A DNA stretch of 64,000 bases from the NCBI GenBank assembly GCA_050953065.1, contig JBMNLZ010000001.1:128001-192000 (forward strand). The letters run 5' to 3'. Of this stretch, positions 10,693 through 21,350 are shown in pieces. The notes beneath the pieces are model-generated. The model was not told the origin of the DNA. It was given only the letters and a program-made list of their open reading frames with translations, and searched no databases. Numbering within the stretch: position 1 is the first letter of the stretch; every line of letters starts with the position of its first letter. The position numbers and the translations under genes were made by a program. Origin of the DNA: Bacilli bacterium. Its GTDB lineage: Bacteria > Bacillota_I > Bacilli_A > ML615J-28 > CAG-698.

Positions 10693-11097
10693 ATGAAAAG
10701 AACTATAAGTAGGATAAGAGCAATGATATATTTATATAATTTTGATTTACTTAATGAAGAGGATATAACATTAAATACTACTTTAGAATCTGATTTAGAT
10801 TATGATATTAACTTTTTTAATGAATTAATTAATGGAGTAATAAAAAATTATAAAGAAATTGATAAAATTATTAGTATTAATTTAACAAATTGGACAATCG
10901 ATCGATTAAGTTACATAGATAGAAACCTAATAAGAATCGGAGTATATGAATTAAAGTATTTGAAAACTCCTAAAAATATCGTTATAAATGAAATAATAGA
11001 AATAAGTAAAGAATATAGTCAAACGGAAGATTATCTAACTTCTAAATTTAATAATGCACTATTAGAAAGAATTGCTGGTTATATTGATGGAAAATAG
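10693..11097 (+). CDS. nusB: Transcription antitermination factor NusB
   Basis: WTIDRLSYIDRNLIRIGVYEL and VINEIIEISKEY motifs; nusB-xseA synteny. Confidence 0.93.
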   Translation: MKRTISRIRAMIYLYNFDLLNEEDITLNTTLESDLDYDINFFNELINGVIKNYKEIDKIISINLTNWTIDRLSYIDRNLIRIGVYELKYLKTPKNIVINEIIEISKEYSQTEDYLTSKFNNALLERIAGYIDGK

Positions 11098-12415
11098 AAT
11101 TTTAACTGTAAAAGCACTAAATGAATATTTATCATATAAAATAACTTCGGATATTAATTTAAGAAGAATTTTTATTAAAGGCGAAATTTCAAATGTAAGA
11201 ATTTCAAGAGGACATTATTATTTTGTCTTAAAAGATGATGATTCGGAAGTAAGTGCAATAATGTTTGAAAATTATGCTAAGAACTTAAATTTTACTCCAA
11301 TTGATGGAATGTCAGTTCTAATTGAAGGGAGTATTAATGTTTACACTAAAAAAGGTACTTATAATATAAATTGCTTTGAAATGCAGGAAACAGGATTAGG
11401 AGAAATATATTTAAGATTTCTAAAACTTAAAGAAAAACTTTCAAAAGAAGGTGTTTTTGATACCGAAAAAAAACTTTCACTTCCTGAAAAAATCGAAAAA
11501 ATAGGTATAATTACTAGTCCTACAGGTGAGGCCTTACACGATATAATAAGCACTATAAATAAAAGATATCCACTAGTAGAAGTTTTTTTATATCCTTCAT
11601 TAGTACAAGGAGCTGATGCTCCTCAAAGTTTGATAAAATCACTTAAAAGGGCTATTTCTGAAAAATTAGTAGATGTTATAATTATTGGAAGAGGTGGTGG
11701 CTCTATGGAAGACTTATCTTGTTTTAATGATGAAGAATTAGCAAGACTTGTTGCTACATCACCAATTCCTACAATTAGTGCTGTTGGACATGAAATGGAT
11801 TATACAATAATAGATTTCGCAGCTTCATATAGAGCACCAACACCTACCGCTGCTGCAACAAAGGTAACTCCAAACAATAAAATAGATTTACTTAGTGATA
11901 TAGAAATATACGAGGGACGCTTAAAAAATCAAATTAAAAGACTGTTAACTGAAAAATTTAATAAATATGATATTTTAATCAATAGTTATGGATTGAAAAA
12001 TTTTATTAATATAATCAATGTCAAAGAAGAATATTTAAATAATCTTACCTTTAATTTGAAAAGCTTATCGCCTATCCAAATAATCGATAAAAAACTTGAA
12101 TATTTAGATAGCTTAATTCATAGAATTAACTTATATGATTTAGAAAATAAAATAAATGAAAATCTATCTAACATTGATAATTATGTAAAAAAAATTAATT
12201 ACTATATAAATATGAATTTTAAAGAAAAAGAAAATAAGTTAAATGAACTTTTAGAAAAAGTAAATTTAGTTAATCCACATAATATATTAAAAAGAGGATA
12301 TGCTTTAGTTTATAAAGATAATAAAATAATTAAATCTTCAAATTCAATAGATGAAAATTCAGAATTTGAAGTTAAATTTTATGACAGTTCATTAACTGCT
12401 AAAAAAGTGAGGTAA
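11087..12415 (+). CDS. xseA: Exodeoxyribonuclease VII large subunit
   Basis: GEISN, GHYYFVLKD, GRGGGSMEDL, SAVGHE and RAPTPTAAA motifs; start moved to the ATG at 11087. Confidence 0.95.
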   Translation: MENRILTVKALNEYLSYKITSDINLRRIFIKGEISNVRISRGHYYFVLKDDDSEVSAIMFENYAKNLNFTPIDGMSVLIEGSINVYTKKGTYNINCFEMQETGLGEIYLRFLKLKEKLSKEGVFDTEKKLSLPEKIEKIGIITSPTGEALHDIISTINKRYPLVEVFLYPSLVQGADAPQSLIKSLKRAISEKLVDVIIIGRGGGSMEDLSCFNDEELARLVATSPIPTISAVGHEMDYTIIDFAASYRAPTPTAAATKVTPNNKIDLLSDIEIYEGRLKNQIKRLLTEKFNKYDILINSYGLKNFINIINVKEEYLNNLTFNLKSLSPIQIIDKKLEYLDSLIHRINLYDLENKINENLSNIDNYVKKINYYINMNFKEKENKLNELLEKVNLVNPHNILKRGYALVYKDNKIIKSSNSIDENSEFEVKFYDSSLTAKKVR

Positions 12416-12417
12416 AT

Positions 12418-12618
12418 ATGAAAGAAAAATTTGAAGTATTATTAAAAGAACTTGAAGAAATTATTAATAAACTTGAAGAAGGCAATCTAGATTTAGATGA
12501 AGCTATTGTAAAATATCAAAGAGGTATTGATTTAGCAAAAAAGTGTAAAAAGCAATTACAAGATGCTAAAGAAATTGTAGTTAATAAAATGAGTGAAAAA
12601 GATTCTAATGATAACTAA
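12418..12618 (+). CDS. xseB: Exodeoxyribonuclease VII small subunit
   Basis: FE..L.ELEEII.KLE.G.L.LDEAI..YQRG pattern; follows xseA. Confidence 0.93.
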   Translation: MKEKFEVLLKELEEIINKLEEGNLDLDEAIVKYQRGIDLAKKCKKQLQDAKEIVVNKMSEKDSNDN

Positions 12619-13438
12619 TAAATACTTAGATTTAATAGAAAATAATTTAAATAAAATATTAAACTCATATCATAATGAATTTAGAAAACCTATAACATAT
12701 TCCTTGTTTGGAGGGAAAATGCTTAGAGGCCAATTATTACTAATTGGTTTAAATGATTTGAAAATTAATATACAATTAGGGGTAGATATAGCTTGTGCTT
12801 TAGAGATGATTCAAGCTTATACTTTAGTTCATGATGATTTGCCAGGAATGGATGATGATGATTATAGAAGAGGTAAACTTTCTAACCATAAAGTTTACGG
12901 TGAAGGTATTGCCATTTTAGTGGGCGACACACTTTTAAATGATGCTATTAATTTAATCTCTAATATTAATTATATTGAAAAAAATATATTGTTGGATATA
13001 ATTAAAATTATTACATCTAAACTTGGTGGCAATGGCATGATTTTAGGCCAATATCTTGATTTAACAACTAAAGGATCTATGGTTAATACTTTTGAAGTGA
13101 CCAATATAAGACAATTAAAAACTGTAAATTTTTTTGAATTGGTTTTCATTATCATAGGTCTTTTATCAAATGTTGAAAAAAACGAAATATCCCAATTAGA
13201 AAAAATTGGGAACTTAATAGGCCATGCTTTTCAAATCAAAGATGATTTAGATGACCATATTAATGAAAAAAAGAGCGATATAATTAATAATAGACCTACT
13301 ATAACTCGTGTTGATTCACTAGAAAATATTAAAAAAACATTATCAAAAATCAAAAATGAGTGTATTAATGAGATAATAACTTTTTTTGGTCAAGGTGAAA
13401 TTTTAACTTTATTTGAAAGGATGTTCTATGAATATTGA
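12608..13438 (+). CDS. ispA: Polyprenyl (farnesyl) diphosphate synthase
   Basis: GGKMLR, HDDLPGMDDDDYRRGK, GQYLDL and FQIKDDLDD motifs. Confidence 0.9.
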   Translation: MITNKYLDLIENNLNKILNSYHNEFRKPITYSLFGGKMLRGQLLLIGLNDLKINIQLGVDIACALEMIQAYTLVHDDLPGMDDDDYRRGKLSNHKVYGEGIAILVGDTLLNDAINLISNINYIEKNILLDIIKIITSKLGGNGMILGQYLDLTTKGSMVNTFEVTNIRQLKTVNFFELVFIIIGLLSNVEKNEISQLEKIGNLIGHAFQIKDDLDDHINEKKSDIINNRPTITRVDSLENIKKTLSKIKNECINEIITFFGQGEILTLFERMFYEY

Positions 13439-15245
13439 TTTAAAAGAAATTAAATCACCCGATTTTTTAAAAAAACTAACTGTTAAAGAATTGACGAAAT
13501 TATCAGATGAAGTTAGAAGTTTTCTGATTGATTCAATTAGTCAAACCGGTGGACACCTTTCTTCAAATTTAGGAGTGGTTGAACTTACAATTGCTTTACA
13601 TTATGTTTTTGATTCGCCTTTTGATAAATTAATTTTTGATGTTGGTCATCAAAGTTACACCCATAAAATATTAACTGGAAGAGGAAAGGATTTCTCTACA
13701 CTTAGAAAATATAATGGCTTAAGTGGTTTTATGAAATATAGTGAAAGTGAACATGATGTTTGGGAGGCTGGTCATAGTTCAACATCTCTTTCTGCAGCTG
13801 CTGGATTTTTAGAAGCAAAAAAGAATAGTAGTAATAAAATTGGTGAAGTAATTACAATTATTGGTGACGGAGCAATTGAAAATGGATTATCATTTGAAGC
13901 CTTAAATTATTTAAGCAATTTAAAAACTGTTAAACCAATTATAGTTTTAAATGATAATGAAATGAGTATTTCAAAAAACGTTGGTTTTTTGGCAAAAAAA
14001 TGTAATAAAATAAGGATTAGACGCTCTTACAATCTACTTAAAAAATTAACTCCTAGTTTTCTACATAGATTTTTAGCGAGAATAAAAAGTTCTCTTCGTC
14101 AATTGATTTATGGTAATAATATTTTTTCTTCATTAGGATACAAATATTTTGGCCCTATTGATGGTCATAATATTAAAGATTTAATAATGTATTTAAATTA
14201 TGCAAAAAAAAGTCAATCACCTGTCTTAATTCATGTAAAAACAATTAAAGGCAAGGGATATAAATATGCAGAAAGTGACAGCAAAGGAGTTTGGCATGGT
14301 GTTAATTCTTTTGAAATAGATTCAGGAAAAACAATTACTAAAAACAATGAAAATAAAATTAGTTGGAGTCTTGGTGTAAGCAATATAGTAACTAAGTATG
14401 CTCTTTCCAATCCTAATATTAAAATCATTTGTCCTGCAACAATGCCAGGCTCTTCATTTGATATCACTCAAGAATTAATTCCAAACCAGATTATAGATGT
14501 AGGTATTGCTGAAGAACATGCAGTTGTAATGGCAGCAGCAATGGCACGAAATGGAATAATACCGATTGTATCAATGTATTCAACATTTATTCAAAGAGCT
14601 TATGATCAAATTAATCATGATGTTTGTAGAAATTCTAATCACGTAATTTTTTTAATAGATAGAGCTGGGATAGTAGGAGGCGACGGAGATACTCATCAAG
14701 GTGTTTTTGATATATCTTTTTTGTCTCATTTGCCTAATATGATAATAGCAATGCCTAAAAATTTATCTGAATTTGAAAAGATTTTTCAAATCGCTTTAGA
14801 AAAAAAACAACCTTTTGCTATAAGATATCCTAGAGGAGATGTTGAAAATACTACTATATCTAGCACATTTGAGTTCAAAGAATGGGAAGAAGTGATACCG
14901 ATTTCAAAAAGGAATATAGTTACATATGGTGACAATATTAATGCGTTTGAGAAACAGATAAAAGAATTAAAACTTAACTTTGGTTTAATTAATGCTAGAT
15001 TTATAAAACCGATAGATTTAAATATGCTAAATAAACTTAATGATAGTGAAATAATTGTTTATGAAGAGGTTATAAAGACTGGATCTTTGTTTACTCAAAT
15101 TTTACAAGAAATTAATAATAATAATTTAGGTATTAAATGTAAAAGTTACTCTATAGATAATGAATATGTAACTCATGGTGACATTTCTTCAGTTAAAAAA
15201 GATTTAAACCTAGATATTATAAAAATATTAAAAGGTGAAATATGA
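13428..15245 (+). CDS. dxs: 1-deoxy-D-xylulose-5-phosphate synthase
   Basis: GGHLSSNLG, DVGHQSY, GHSSTS, GDGA..NDN, GIAEEH and DGDTHQG motifs. Confidence 0.96.
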   Translation: MNIDLKEIKSPDFLKKLTVKELTKLSDEVRSFLIDSISQTGGHLSSNLGVVELTIALHYVFDSPFDKLIFDVGHQSYTHKILTGRGKDFSTLRKYNGLSGFMKYSESEHDVWEAGHSSTSLSAAAGFLEAKKNSSNKIGEVITIIGDGAIENGLSFEALNYLSNLKTVKPIIVLNDNEMSISKNVGFLAKKCNKIRIRRSYNLLKKLTPSFLHRFLARIKSSLRQLIYGNNIFSSLGYKYFGPIDGHNIKDLIMYLNYAKKSQSPVLIHVKTIKGKGYKYAESDSKGVWHGVNSFEIDSGKTITKNNENKISWSLGVSNIVTKYALSNPNIKIICPATMPGSSFDITQELIPNQIIDVGIAEEHAVVMAAAMARNGIIPIVSMYSTFIQRAYDQINHDVCRNSNHVIFLIDRAGIVGGDGDTHQGVFDISFLSHLPNMIIAMPKNLSEFEKIFQIALEKKQPFAIRYPRGDVENTTISSTFEFKEWEEVIPISKRNIVTYGDNINAFEKQIKELKLNFGLINARFIKPIDLNMLNKLNDSEIIVYEEVIKTGSLFTQILQEINNNNLGIKCKSYSIDNEYVTHGDISSVKKDLNLDIIKILKGEI

Positions 15246-16879
15246 TAATATTTTTAAGTGTTAAAAACTTAGCCATTATAGAAAACTTAGAAATTGATTT
15301 TAAAGATAAAATGACCGTTCTTACTGGAGAAACTGGTACAGGAAAAACATTAATAATTGATGCGATAAGTTACCTTTTTGGCGAAAAAACTTCTAAAGAT
15401 ATAATCCGTACCGGCGAAGAAAAAGCTGAAATTGAAGGAATTTTTACTAATAATTCTAAATTGCTTGAAGATAAATTAAAATCTTTAGGTGTTGAAATAG
15501 ATGACCAGATAATTGTTAGAAGAGAAGTTTCTAACAATTATAAAAATATCTGTAGAATTAATGGTGTTTCAATCAGTTTAAATAAATTAACTGAAATTGC
15601 TGAATACTTTGGTGATATTCATCAACAAAATGATACTTTGAAATTGATAAATCCTAAAAATTATTTAGAGTTTATCGATTCTAATATTGATAATCAAATA
15701 TTCAATGAATATCAAAATATGTTTGCTTTGTTGAAAGATAAAAAAATAGAGTTGCAAACTTTAATCGATAGACAAAAACAATTTAGTGAACAAGAAGATT
15801 TTTTAAGATATCAGTTGATGGAGTTAGAAAATTCTAAATTAAATGTTAAAGAAGAAGAAGAACTTTTAGAAAAAATTAAAAGAGTTAATAATTCAGAAAA
15901 AATCAATATAATAGTTAATGATTTCAAATCAATCTACAATAACGATGAAATTTTAGATAAACTTTACCTTTCAATCGAGTATTTGAAAAGTTTAGAAAAA
16001 TTTCTTCCAAAAATTAAAAATGATATAGTTGATTTAGAAGATTGCTATTATCGTATAGAAGATATTATTTCTAGAATTAAAAATACTAACATTGATATTG
16101 TAGATAACAATGAAATTAACTTTATAAATGAAAGATTATATATTTACAGTAATTTGCAAAAAAAATATAAAAGAAAAACAGTAGAACTGGTTGAACTAAA
16201 GGAAGAATTATTAGCAAAAGTAAACAGTTTAGAAAATTTTGACTTTGATTTAAAAGAAAAAGAGAAAGAAATTTTAATTATAGAATCAAAAGTTAAAAAA
16301 ATAGCTGATTTGATTAGTGAAAAACGTAAAGCAGTAGCTTTAGAGATTGAAGAAACTACTAATTCTCATTTGAAAGAACTTCATTTAAATAATACTTTAT
16401 TTAAAATTAGTTTTGAAAAAACTTCAATTACTAAAACTGGATGTGATATAGTTGATTTCCTTGTTTCTTTTAACAAAGGTGAAGAATTAAAACAACTATC
16501 TAAAGTTGCTTCTGGTGGAGAATTATCTAGATTTATGTTGGCCTTAAAAACTTCAATTAATTCAAAATTAAATTCACAACTTTTTATTTTTGATGAAATT
16601 GATCAAGGAGTAAGTGGTGTTGTAGCTCAAAGTATAGCACTTAAACTTAAGACCATTTCTAAAGATAATCAAGTTTTATGTATTTCACATTTACCACAAG
16701 TCGCAGCGATTGCTGACAATCATTTAAAAATAAATAAAGAAATAAAAGACAATAGAACGATTACAACAATTAAATATTTATCTTTTGACGAAAGAGTATA
16801 TGAAATAGCCAGTATGATTTCCAAAAATAAAGTTACAGAAAGTAGTATTGCTTTAGCAAAAGAATTATTAAAAAAATAA
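15242..16879 (+). CDS. recN: DNA repair protein RecN
   Basis: Walker A TGETGTGKT; coiled coil; ASGGELSR, FDEIDQG and SHLPQVAA motifs. Confidence 0.95.
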   Translation: MIIFLSVKNLAIIENLEIDFKDKMTVLTGETGTGKTLIIDAISYLFGEKTSKDIIRTGEEKAEIEGIFTNNSKLLEDKLKSLGVEIDDQIIVRREVSNNYKNICRINGVSISLNKLTEIAEYFGDIHQQNDTLKLINPKNYLEFIDSNIDNQIFNEYQNMFALLKDKKIELQTLIDRQKQFSEQEDFLRYQLMELENSKLNVKEEEELLEKIKRVNNSEKINIIVNDFKSIYNNDEILDKLYLSIEYLKSLEKFLPKIKNDIVDLEDCYYRIEDIISRIKNTNIDIVDNNEINFINERLYIYSNLQKKYKRKTVELVELKEELLAKVNSLENFDFDLKEKEKEILIIESKVKKIADLISEKRKAVALEIEETTNSHLKELHLNNTLFKISFEKTSITKTGCDIVDFLVSFNKGEELKQLSKVASGGELSRFMLALKTSINSKLNSQLFIFDEIDQGVSGVVAQSIALKLKTISKDNQVLCISHLPQVAAIADNHLKINKEIKDNRTITTIKYLSFDERVYEIASMISKNKVTESSIALAKELLKK

Positions 16880-16910
16880 AATTTAAGAAATTCTTAAATT
16901 TTATTTTTTT
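16871..16910 (+). terminator. Probable intrinsic terminator
   Basis: AAAATAAAATTTAAGAA/TTCTTAAATTTTATTTT inverted repeat plus T-tract. Confidence 0.6.
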
Positions 16911-16928
16911 ATGTATTATGATTGTTTG

Positions 16929-16957
16929 TTGCATTTTTTATAAAAATTTGGTAAAAT
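16929..16957 (+). promoter_or_regulatory. SigA-type promoter for mutSL
   Basis: TTGCAT-N17-TAAAAT with an extended -10 TGn. Confidence 0.6.
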
Positions 16958-16978
16958 TGTATAGTATTAGGTGATATT

Positions 16979-19549
16979 ATGTATGAAAAAATAGACAAAA
17001 TGCAATATACTCCAATGATGAGACAATATTTAGAAATCAAAGAACAATATAAAGATACTTTAATTTTTTTTAGGTTAGGTGATTTCTATGAAATGTTTTT
17101 TAATGATGCTATATTAGCTTCAAAAGAACTTGAAATAGTATTAACTGGAAGAGATGCAGGAGCTAGCGAAAGAGTTCCTATGTGTGGCGTTCCATATCAT
17201 AGTGTAGATTCATATATAGATAAATTGACAGAAAAAGGATATAAAATTGCCATCGTAGAACAAGTAGAAAACCCCAAAGAAGCTGTGGGAATAGTTAAAA
17301 GGGAAGTAGTTAGAATAATTACACCTGGAACTGTTATGTCAGGTGCTAATTTTGATGAGAAAAGCAATGTTTTTATTGCTTCAATTTCTATAGAAAAAGA
17401 AAAATATATTTTATGTTATGCAGATTTATCAACGGGTGAAACACATCTAATGAATTTACCTCTTAATGAAGAATTACTACAAACTGAAATTATTAAATTA
17501 AATATAAAAGAATTAGTAGTTTCTGAAGATTTCAATTACATATATTTACCTTATTTAAAAAACATGCTAGCTATTACCATATCCTATGAAACAAATGATT
17601 CTATTATTGATTACTTGAAGAACTTATCTGAAGGATTAGATAAAGATGAAGAAAAAACTTTTTACAGACTATTAAATTATTTAATTAAAACTCAAAAAAG
17701 AGTGCTGTTACATTTACAAAAAGTTAACAAAATTTCTAGTGCTAATTTTTTAAAAATTGATTTTTCATCAAGAAGAAATCTAGAATTACTTGAAACTTTA
17801 AGATTTCAAAATAAGAAAAACACTCTATTAACTGTTTTAGATAAGTGCCAAACAGCAATGGGAAGTAGATATTTAAAACAATCAATTATGTTTCCATTAG
17901 TTTCTATTGATGAAATTAATCAAAGGTATGATGTAATTGATATTTTTAAGAAAAATTTCATTGAAACTTTAGAGATTCGAGATTTACTATCATCAATTTA
18001 TGATCTTGAAAGAATTAGTGGTAAGATTGCTTATGAAAGTGCAAATCCAAGAGATTTGATACAATTAAAAAAATCACTTGAAGTTTTACCTAAAATTATT
18101 CAGTTGATTAATAAATTAAAAATTAGAAAGTTTTCTAAAATAAATAATTATCAAAACACTGTATCCACTATATATAATCTTTTGAATACATCAATATCAG
18201 AGGATGCACCAATTTCTTTGAAAGATGGGAATATAATTAAAAGTGGATTTAATCCAGAATTAGATGAATTAAAAAAAATTAGCTTTGAAAGCAAAGAATA
18301 TTTAGTAACTTTAGAAAATAAAGAACGTCAAAAAACAGGTATAAAAAATTTAAAAGTTGGTTATAATAGAGTCTTTGGTTATTACATTGAAATTTCTAAA
18401 GGAAATGCTCAAAATGTAAAAAAAGAGTTTGGATATATTAGAAAACAAACATTAAGTAATGCTGAAAGATATATTACAGAGGAATTAAAAGAAAAGGAAT
18501 CAATGATATTAAGAGCTGAAGAAAAAATGCTTGAATTAGAATACAAAGTTTTTTCTAATGTTAGAAATCAATGTAAGTTATATATCAATGATTTTCAAAA
18601 TTTATCTAAAATAGTTTCTGAAATTGATATGATGCAATCATTTACTAAAGTAAGTAATGAAAATAATTATACAAGACCATCTTTAAATACTGATAATGTG
18701 ATTGATATAAAAGAAGGTAGGCACCCTGTAATTGAAAAATTTCTAACTGAAGCTAAATTTAAACCAAACGATTTAATAATGAATCAAAATGATTCAATTT
18801 TGTTGATTACAGGTCCAAATATGAGTGGAAAATCTACTTATATGAGACAGATTGCTTTAATATCAATAATGGCACAAATCGGTTGTTTTGTAAGTGCTAA
18901 AAAAGCCAATATTCCTATTTTTGATCAAATATTTACACGAATAGGAGCTGCTGATGACATAGTGGGTGGTCAATCAACTTTTATGGTGGAAATGAGTGAA
19001 GTGAATAACGCATTAAAATATGCTACTCAAAACAGTTTGATACTGTTTGATGAAATAGGTAGAGGAACTGCGACTTACGATGGTATAGCACTTGCACAAG
19101 CTATTATTGAATTTATTCATGAAAAAATAAAATGCAAAACTTTGTTCTCTACACATTATCATGAAATTACGGTTTTAGAGAATGATTTAGAAAATCTTAA
19201 AAATGTCCATGTTTCAATCCATGAAGAGAAAGGCGAAATAATTTTTGTTCACAAAGTTTTAGACGGACCTGCAGATAAAAGTTATGGTATTAATGTCGCT
19301 AAATTAGCTAAACTTCCAATAGAAGTAACGTTAAGAGCTAATGACCTACTTAATAAATTGGAAGATACTACTAGTTTTAATCATAAAAAGTTTTCTATAA
19401 AAAATTATCAACAACCTTTAATTTATGATTCTACCACTGAAATAGAATCAGAAATTTTAAATGAAATAAAAACCCTTGATTTAAACCACATTAATCCACT
19501 TGATGCATTAAACAAATTATCTGAACTACAGAAAAAAATAAGAAAATGA
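16979..19549 (+). CDS. mutS: DNA mismatch repair protein MutS
   Basis: TPMMRQY, FRLGDFYEMF, TGPNMSGKS, STFMVEM and DEIGRGT motifs. Confidence 0.98.
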   Translation: MYEKIDKMQYTPMMRQYLEIKEQYKDTLIFFRLGDFYEMFFNDAILASKELEIVLTGRDAGASERVPMCGVPYHSVDSYIDKLTEKGYKIAIVEQVENPKEAVGIVKREVVRIITPGTVMSGANFDEKSNVFIASISIEKEKYILCYADLSTGETHLMNLPLNEELLQTEIIKLNIKELVVSEDFNYIYLPYLKNMLAITISYETNDSIIDYLKNLSEGLDKDEEKTFYRLLNYLIKTQKRVLLHLQKVNKISSANFLKIDFSSRRNLELLETLRFQNKKNTLLTVLDKCQTAMGSRYLKQSIMFPLVSIDEINQRYDVIDIFKKNFIETLEIRDLLSSIYDLERISGKIAYESANPRDLIQLKKSLEVLPKIIQLINKLKIRKFSKINNYQNTVSTIYNLLNTSISEDAPISLKDGNIIKSGFNPELDELKKISFESKEYLVTLENKERQKTGIKNLKVGYNRVFGYYIEISKGNAQNVKKEFGYIRKQTLSNAERYITEELKEKESMILRAEEKMLELEYKVFSNVRNQCKLYINDFQNLSKIVSEIDMMQSFTKVSNENNYTRPSLNTDNVIDIKEGRHPVIEKFLTEAKFKPNDLIMNQNDSILLITGPNMSGKSTYMRQIALISIMAQIGCFVSAKKANIPIFDQIFTRIGAADDIVGGQSTFMVEMSEVNNALKYATQNSLILFDEIGRGTATYDGIALAQAIIEFIHEKIKCKTLFSTHYHEITVLENDLENLKNVHVSIHEEKGEIIFVHKVLDGPADKSYGINVAKLAKLPIEVTLRANDLLNKLEDTTSFNHKKFSIKNYQQPLIYDSTTEIESEILNEIKTLDLNHINPLDALNKLSELQKKIRK

Positions 19550-19556
19550 GGAAAAT

Positions 19557-21350
19557 ATGGCTAAAATTCATAAATTAGATCAACATATGACAAATTTAAT
19601 TGCAGCTGGAGAAGTTATTGAAAGAGCATCTTCCGTTGTGAAAGAATTGGTTGAAAATTCAATAGATGCTGAAGCTAAAAATATCACCGTTTCTTTAACT
19701 GATTCTGGAATTAAAGAAATAATAGTTTCAGATGATGGTATAGGAATGGATTTTGAAGATGCTAAATTATCTATTCAACCACATGCAACTAGCAAGATTA
19801 AAGAAGCGAGAGATTTAAATGCTATAAAATCACTTGGTTTTAGAGGTGAAGCTTTGCCAAGCATTGTTTCTATATCTAATTTTAATTTAAAAACAAGTAC
19901 TGACGGTATAAAAGGACATATATTTTCTTATAAAGGGGGGAACTTTGTTTCTGAAGGAATAATATCACATCCAAAAGGCACAGAAATTAGTGTTAAAAAT
20001 TTATTTTTTAATACCCCTGCGAGACTTCAAAATATTCAATCATTAAGTGTTGAATTAAGTTATATAGTTGATTTTATAAATAAAATAGCTCTAGCTAATC
20101 CTGAAATTGCTTTTAAATTAACTAATAATGATAAAACTATTATACAAACTAATGGAAATGGTAAAATATTAGAAGTTATTTCAAATATATATGGATATGA
20201 AATTGCTAAAAACATGCTTGATATTTTTGATGCCGATGGTTATTTTAGAGTTTATGGATTTACTTCAAATTTAGATATAACAAGATCTAATAGATCTCAA
20301 ATAAATATTCTAGTTAATAATAGAAATGTTAGAAATTTCTCAGTTATAAATGCTGTTGTAAATGGATATGAAGATAAATTGATGAAGGGCAGATATCCTA
20401 TTTCTGTAATTAAAATCGAAGTTGACCCTTCTTTAGTTGATGTAAATATTCATCCTACCAAAGCAGAAGTTAGATTTACTGATGAAGCCAAATTGCTAGA
20501 ATTAATTAAAACAGCTATAAAAAGAGCCTTAAATAGAGTTAGTTTAATTATTGATAAAAGTACTGATAATGAATCAAAAATCGATCTGAAACAAGATAAT
20601 AACACAACCCAAGAAGAAATATTTCAAGAAGAAGAATTGAAATATATTTCTGATTTAAAAAAAGAAGAAAAACAAGAACCAGTAATAGTTACTGAAAAAG
20701 AAACTGAAAACTTCAAATTTCTACAAGAAGAAATTACTTTATATAATCATGATATTGAAGAAAAGTCAAAAATACCAAAAATGTATTATATAGGTCAGCT
20801 TTTTGGAACATATATTTTAGCACAAAACGAAGAAATTTTTTATTTGATTGATCAACATGCAGCAATGGAAAGAATTAATTATGAAAAAATCATCTTTGAA
20901 ATGAGTAAAGAAAAATTAATGACACAAGAACTAATGGTTCCAATTAAAATTGATTTTAGTTTGAGCGAAGAAATTTTAATAGAAAATAAAATAAATGATC
21001 TTAACGACCTAGGTATAGAGATTGAAAATTTTGGAAGTGGTTCTTTTTTAGTTAGACAAATTCCAACATGGATTATAAAAAATCATGAAAAAGAATTTGT
21101 AGAAGAAATTATTAATAATTTAATAAATAATAGAAAAAAAACTAAAATTGAATTTATTGAATTTATTGCTAAATCTCTTGCGTGTAAAGAATCTTTAAAA
21201 GCTAACACCTATATTAATGCCTCAGAAGTAGAAGCATTACTTAATCAACTTGGAAAATGTGATAATCCAAATACATGTCCACACGGAAGACCTATTATTA
21301 TAAGTTTAAATCAAAAAGAAATAGAAAAATGGTTTAAAAGAATTGTATGA
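19557..21350 (+). CDS. mutL: DNA mismatch repair endonuclease MutL
   Basis: IAAGEVIER, GFRGEAL, DQHAAMER, ACK and CPHGRP motifs. Confidence 0.98.
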   Translation: MAKIHKLDQHMTNLIAAGEVIERASSVVKELVENSIDAEAKNITVSLTDSGIKEIIVSDDGIGMDFEDAKLSIQPHATSKIKEARDLNAIKSLGFRGEALPSIVSISNFNLKTSTDGIKGHIFSYKGGNFVSEGIISHPKGTEISVKNLFFNTPARLQNIQSLSVELSYIVDFINKIALANPEIAFKLTNNDKTIIQTNGNGKILEVISNIYGYEIAKNMLDIFDADGYFRVYGFTSNLDITRSNRSQINILVNNRNVRNFSVINAVVNGYEDKLMKGRYPISVIKIEVDPSLVDVNIHPTKAEVRFTDEAKLLELIKTAIKRALNRVSLIIDKSTDNESKIDLKQDNNTTQEEIFQEEELKYISDLKKEEKQEPVIVTEKETENFKFLQEEITLYNHDIEEKSKIPKMYYIGQLFGTYILAQNEEIFYLIDQHAAMERINYEKIIFEMSKEKLMTQELMVPIKIDFSLSEEILIENKINDLNDLGIEIENFGSGSFLVRQIPTWIIKNHEKEFVEEIINNLINNRKKTKIEFIEFIAKSLACKESLKANTYINASEVEALLNQLGKCDNPNTCPHGRPIIISLNQKEIEKWFKRIV

